From: Nitrospirota bacterium
GTDB lineage: Bacteria > Nitrospirota > Nitrospiria > Nitrospirales > Nitrospiraceae
Direction of reading: 5' to 3'
Length of the DNA: 28,804 nt
Assembly: GCA_031413335.1 (NCBI GenBank)
Contig: JANOEZ010000010.1
Coordinates: 1-28,804, forward strand
Shown: positions 27,660 through 28,804 of the stretch, piece after piece
How positions within the stretch are numbered: position 1 is the first letter of the stretch
How the letters are laid out: every line of letters starts with the position of its first letter
Program-made: the position numbers and the translations under genes
The notes under the pieces: model-generated
What the model was told of the DNA's origin: nothing
The model's input: only the letters and a program-made list of their open reading frames with translations
Databases searched by the model: none

Positions 27660-28568
27660 CTACGGGGTGGGTACGCCGGGCACATGGCCTGGAGCGTCGG
27701 GAATGATCCGGGCGGCGTTCTCCATGCGGATGGAAGCCTTGCTCCGCAGGGACGCCAGAAATTCTTCGAATTGCTTGCGGCGTTTCTCGGCAGCCAGCTC
27801 CTGCTGGAGCCGCTCGCGGGCGACGTGCGCGCTCCGGGCGTCCAGGGGATCGCGGCTGGTGACCTTCACCAGGGCGAAGCCCGCCGGCACCTGGATCGGC
27901 TCGCTGACGGCGCCCGGGTTCTGCGTGAGAATCGCGGCTTCAATCTCAGGCGGCGCGGCGCCCTTCCGGTACGGGCCCAGATCGCCCCCGCGGAACTTCG
28001 TCGCCTGATCGGTCGAAAACTTTTGCGCCAGCTTGGCGAAATCCGCCCCCCCCTCCAGTTGTTTTCTCAACTCCAGCGCCTGCATGGCGGTGGGGACGAT
28101 GATCTGCGCCGCGCGAATGTGTTCCGTGGCCAGGACGGCGGACGAATGCGCCATGTAATAGTCTTCCAGTTCGTCCTGCGTCACCGGCACGTCCCGCTTC
28201 GCCACGTCCCGCACCAACTCGTCCAGCGTCAACTGTTCCTGGAACCGCTGGACCTTCTCGCGAATTTCCGTCGTCTGATCGAGGCCCAGGCGGCGCGCTT
28301 CCTGCAGCAGCAATTCCCGCGCGATCATGTCCTCCAAAAATTTCTTCTGACCGCCTTCGCGCTGGTAACGGGCCTGCCGGGACTCCGGCAGTTCGGCCCA
28401 TCGGACGTCGAACTCGCTCTGCGTAATGGGCATGCTGTTCACCATGGCGACGACACGGGGCTCGTCGGAGGAGGCTGGCGTGCAGGCGGACACGGCGACG
28501 ATCGCGCAGGCCAGCGCCATGCGCACAGTGGTGAGTGCCGAATGCTGGGTGCTGAACGGTGTTTGCAC
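27660..28568 (-). CDS. PpiC/parvulin-type peptidyl-prolyl isomerase, probable lipoprotein (PrsA-like)
   Basis: Lipobox VSAC, VVAMVNSMPIT, IRAAQII, GADFAKLAQKFSTD and GGDLG. The start is uncertain (GTG 28568 or ATG 28520). Confidence 0.9.
   Translation of the reverse strand: MQTPFSTQHSALTTVRMALACAIVAVSACTPASSDEPRVVAMVNSMPITQSEFDVRWAELPESRQARYQREGGQKKFLEDMIARELLLQEARRLGLDQTTEIREKVQRFQEQLTLDELVRDVAKRDVPVTQDELEDYYMAHSSAVLATEHIRAAQIIVPTAMQALELRKQLEGGADFAKLAQKFSTDQATKFRGGDLGPYRKGAAPPEIEAAILTQNPGAVSEPIQVPAGFALVKVTSRDPLDARSAHVARERLQQELAAEKRRKQFEEFLASLRSKASIRMENAARIIPDAPGHVPGVPTP
28528..28555. repeat. Single heptamer array inside the PPIase 5' end
   Basis: GTGGTGA-GTGCCGA-ATGCTGG-GTGCTGA on the plus strand; translated on the minus strand as STQHSALTT. 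Confidence 0.65.
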
Positions 28569-28577
28569 AGTGCCTGA

Positions 28578-28715
28578 TTATGCCGATGGAACGGGCTTTT
28601 TGGTATCACAGACGGCGAGCGTTTGCAAGGCAGCGGTCAGTTCGGGGAAGACCGAGGCCCAGTCCGGCTGCGGCAGTTGCACTTCGAAGGACAGAGGCGA
28701 GCGCAGGCGGAACCG
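28578..28715 (-). pseudogene. mfd: 3' fragment of a probable transcription-repair coupling factor (Mfd)
   Basis: RFRLRSPLSFEVQLPQPDWASVFPELTAALQTLAVCDT resembles the C-terminus of Nitrospira-type Mfd from memory, and mfd directly upstream of PPIase/surA is a known gene order. The upstream sequence in this frame does not look like Mfd. Confidence 0.45.
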
Positions 28716-28803
28716 ACACCATCGGCCCTCCGGTGGTCGCGACGCTCGTGTTGGCGCCACCGCCGAAGGCCTTCTTGCCTGCAGGACAGCTGACGTTGAC
28801 CGA
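28714..28803 (-). other. Fragment of an unrelated coding sequence at the window edge
   Basis: A different frame reads SVNVSCPAGKKAFGGGANTSVATTGGPMVS, resembling the xCPxGKKxxGGG module found at the ends of collagen-like and tail-fibre-like proteins. Confidence 0.4.
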
Positions 28804-28804
28804 C

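Noticed and set aside
16278-28008. Other long alternative ORFs (16278-17315, 19568-20452, 25473-26471, 26815-28008)
   Set aside because: Each overlaps well-supported genes on the opposite strand and has low-information composition.

Overview
A GC-rich bacterial chromosomal segment. Gene content and style suggest a Nitrospira-like (Nitrospirota) organism; this is an inference. Most of it is housekeeping: partial ettA, leuC-leuD, a SulP transporter, selO, xth, an MscS channel, murJ-ogt-dtd, an isoaspartyl peptidase/asparaginase, mtgA, engB and two parvulin-type PPIases. There is also a RelE/RHH toxin-antitoxin pair, a carboxylesterase, two TPR proteins, c-di-GMP proteins (a dCache-HAMP-GGDEF cyclase and a Zn-ribbon-PilZ protein) and several hypotheticals. 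No rRNA, tRNA, CRISPR array, integrase or transposase was recognised. The most unusual non-genic signal is a family of degenerate 7- or 8-nt tandem-repeat elements at gene junctions. Four are complete palindromes and three are single arms; repeat units largely differ between elements but the architecture is shared, and they often supply the stop or start codon of the adjacent gene. Other points of interest: a lipoprotein with an ungapped 102-aa internal duplication plus an SH3-like domain facing the cyclase; a secreted archaemetzincin-like protein lacking its zinc ligands; a small ORF behind a probable sigma-54 promoter; probable leaderless genes; and an apparent chimeric junction at the right edge, where an mfd-like 3' end is joined to unrelated coding sequence.
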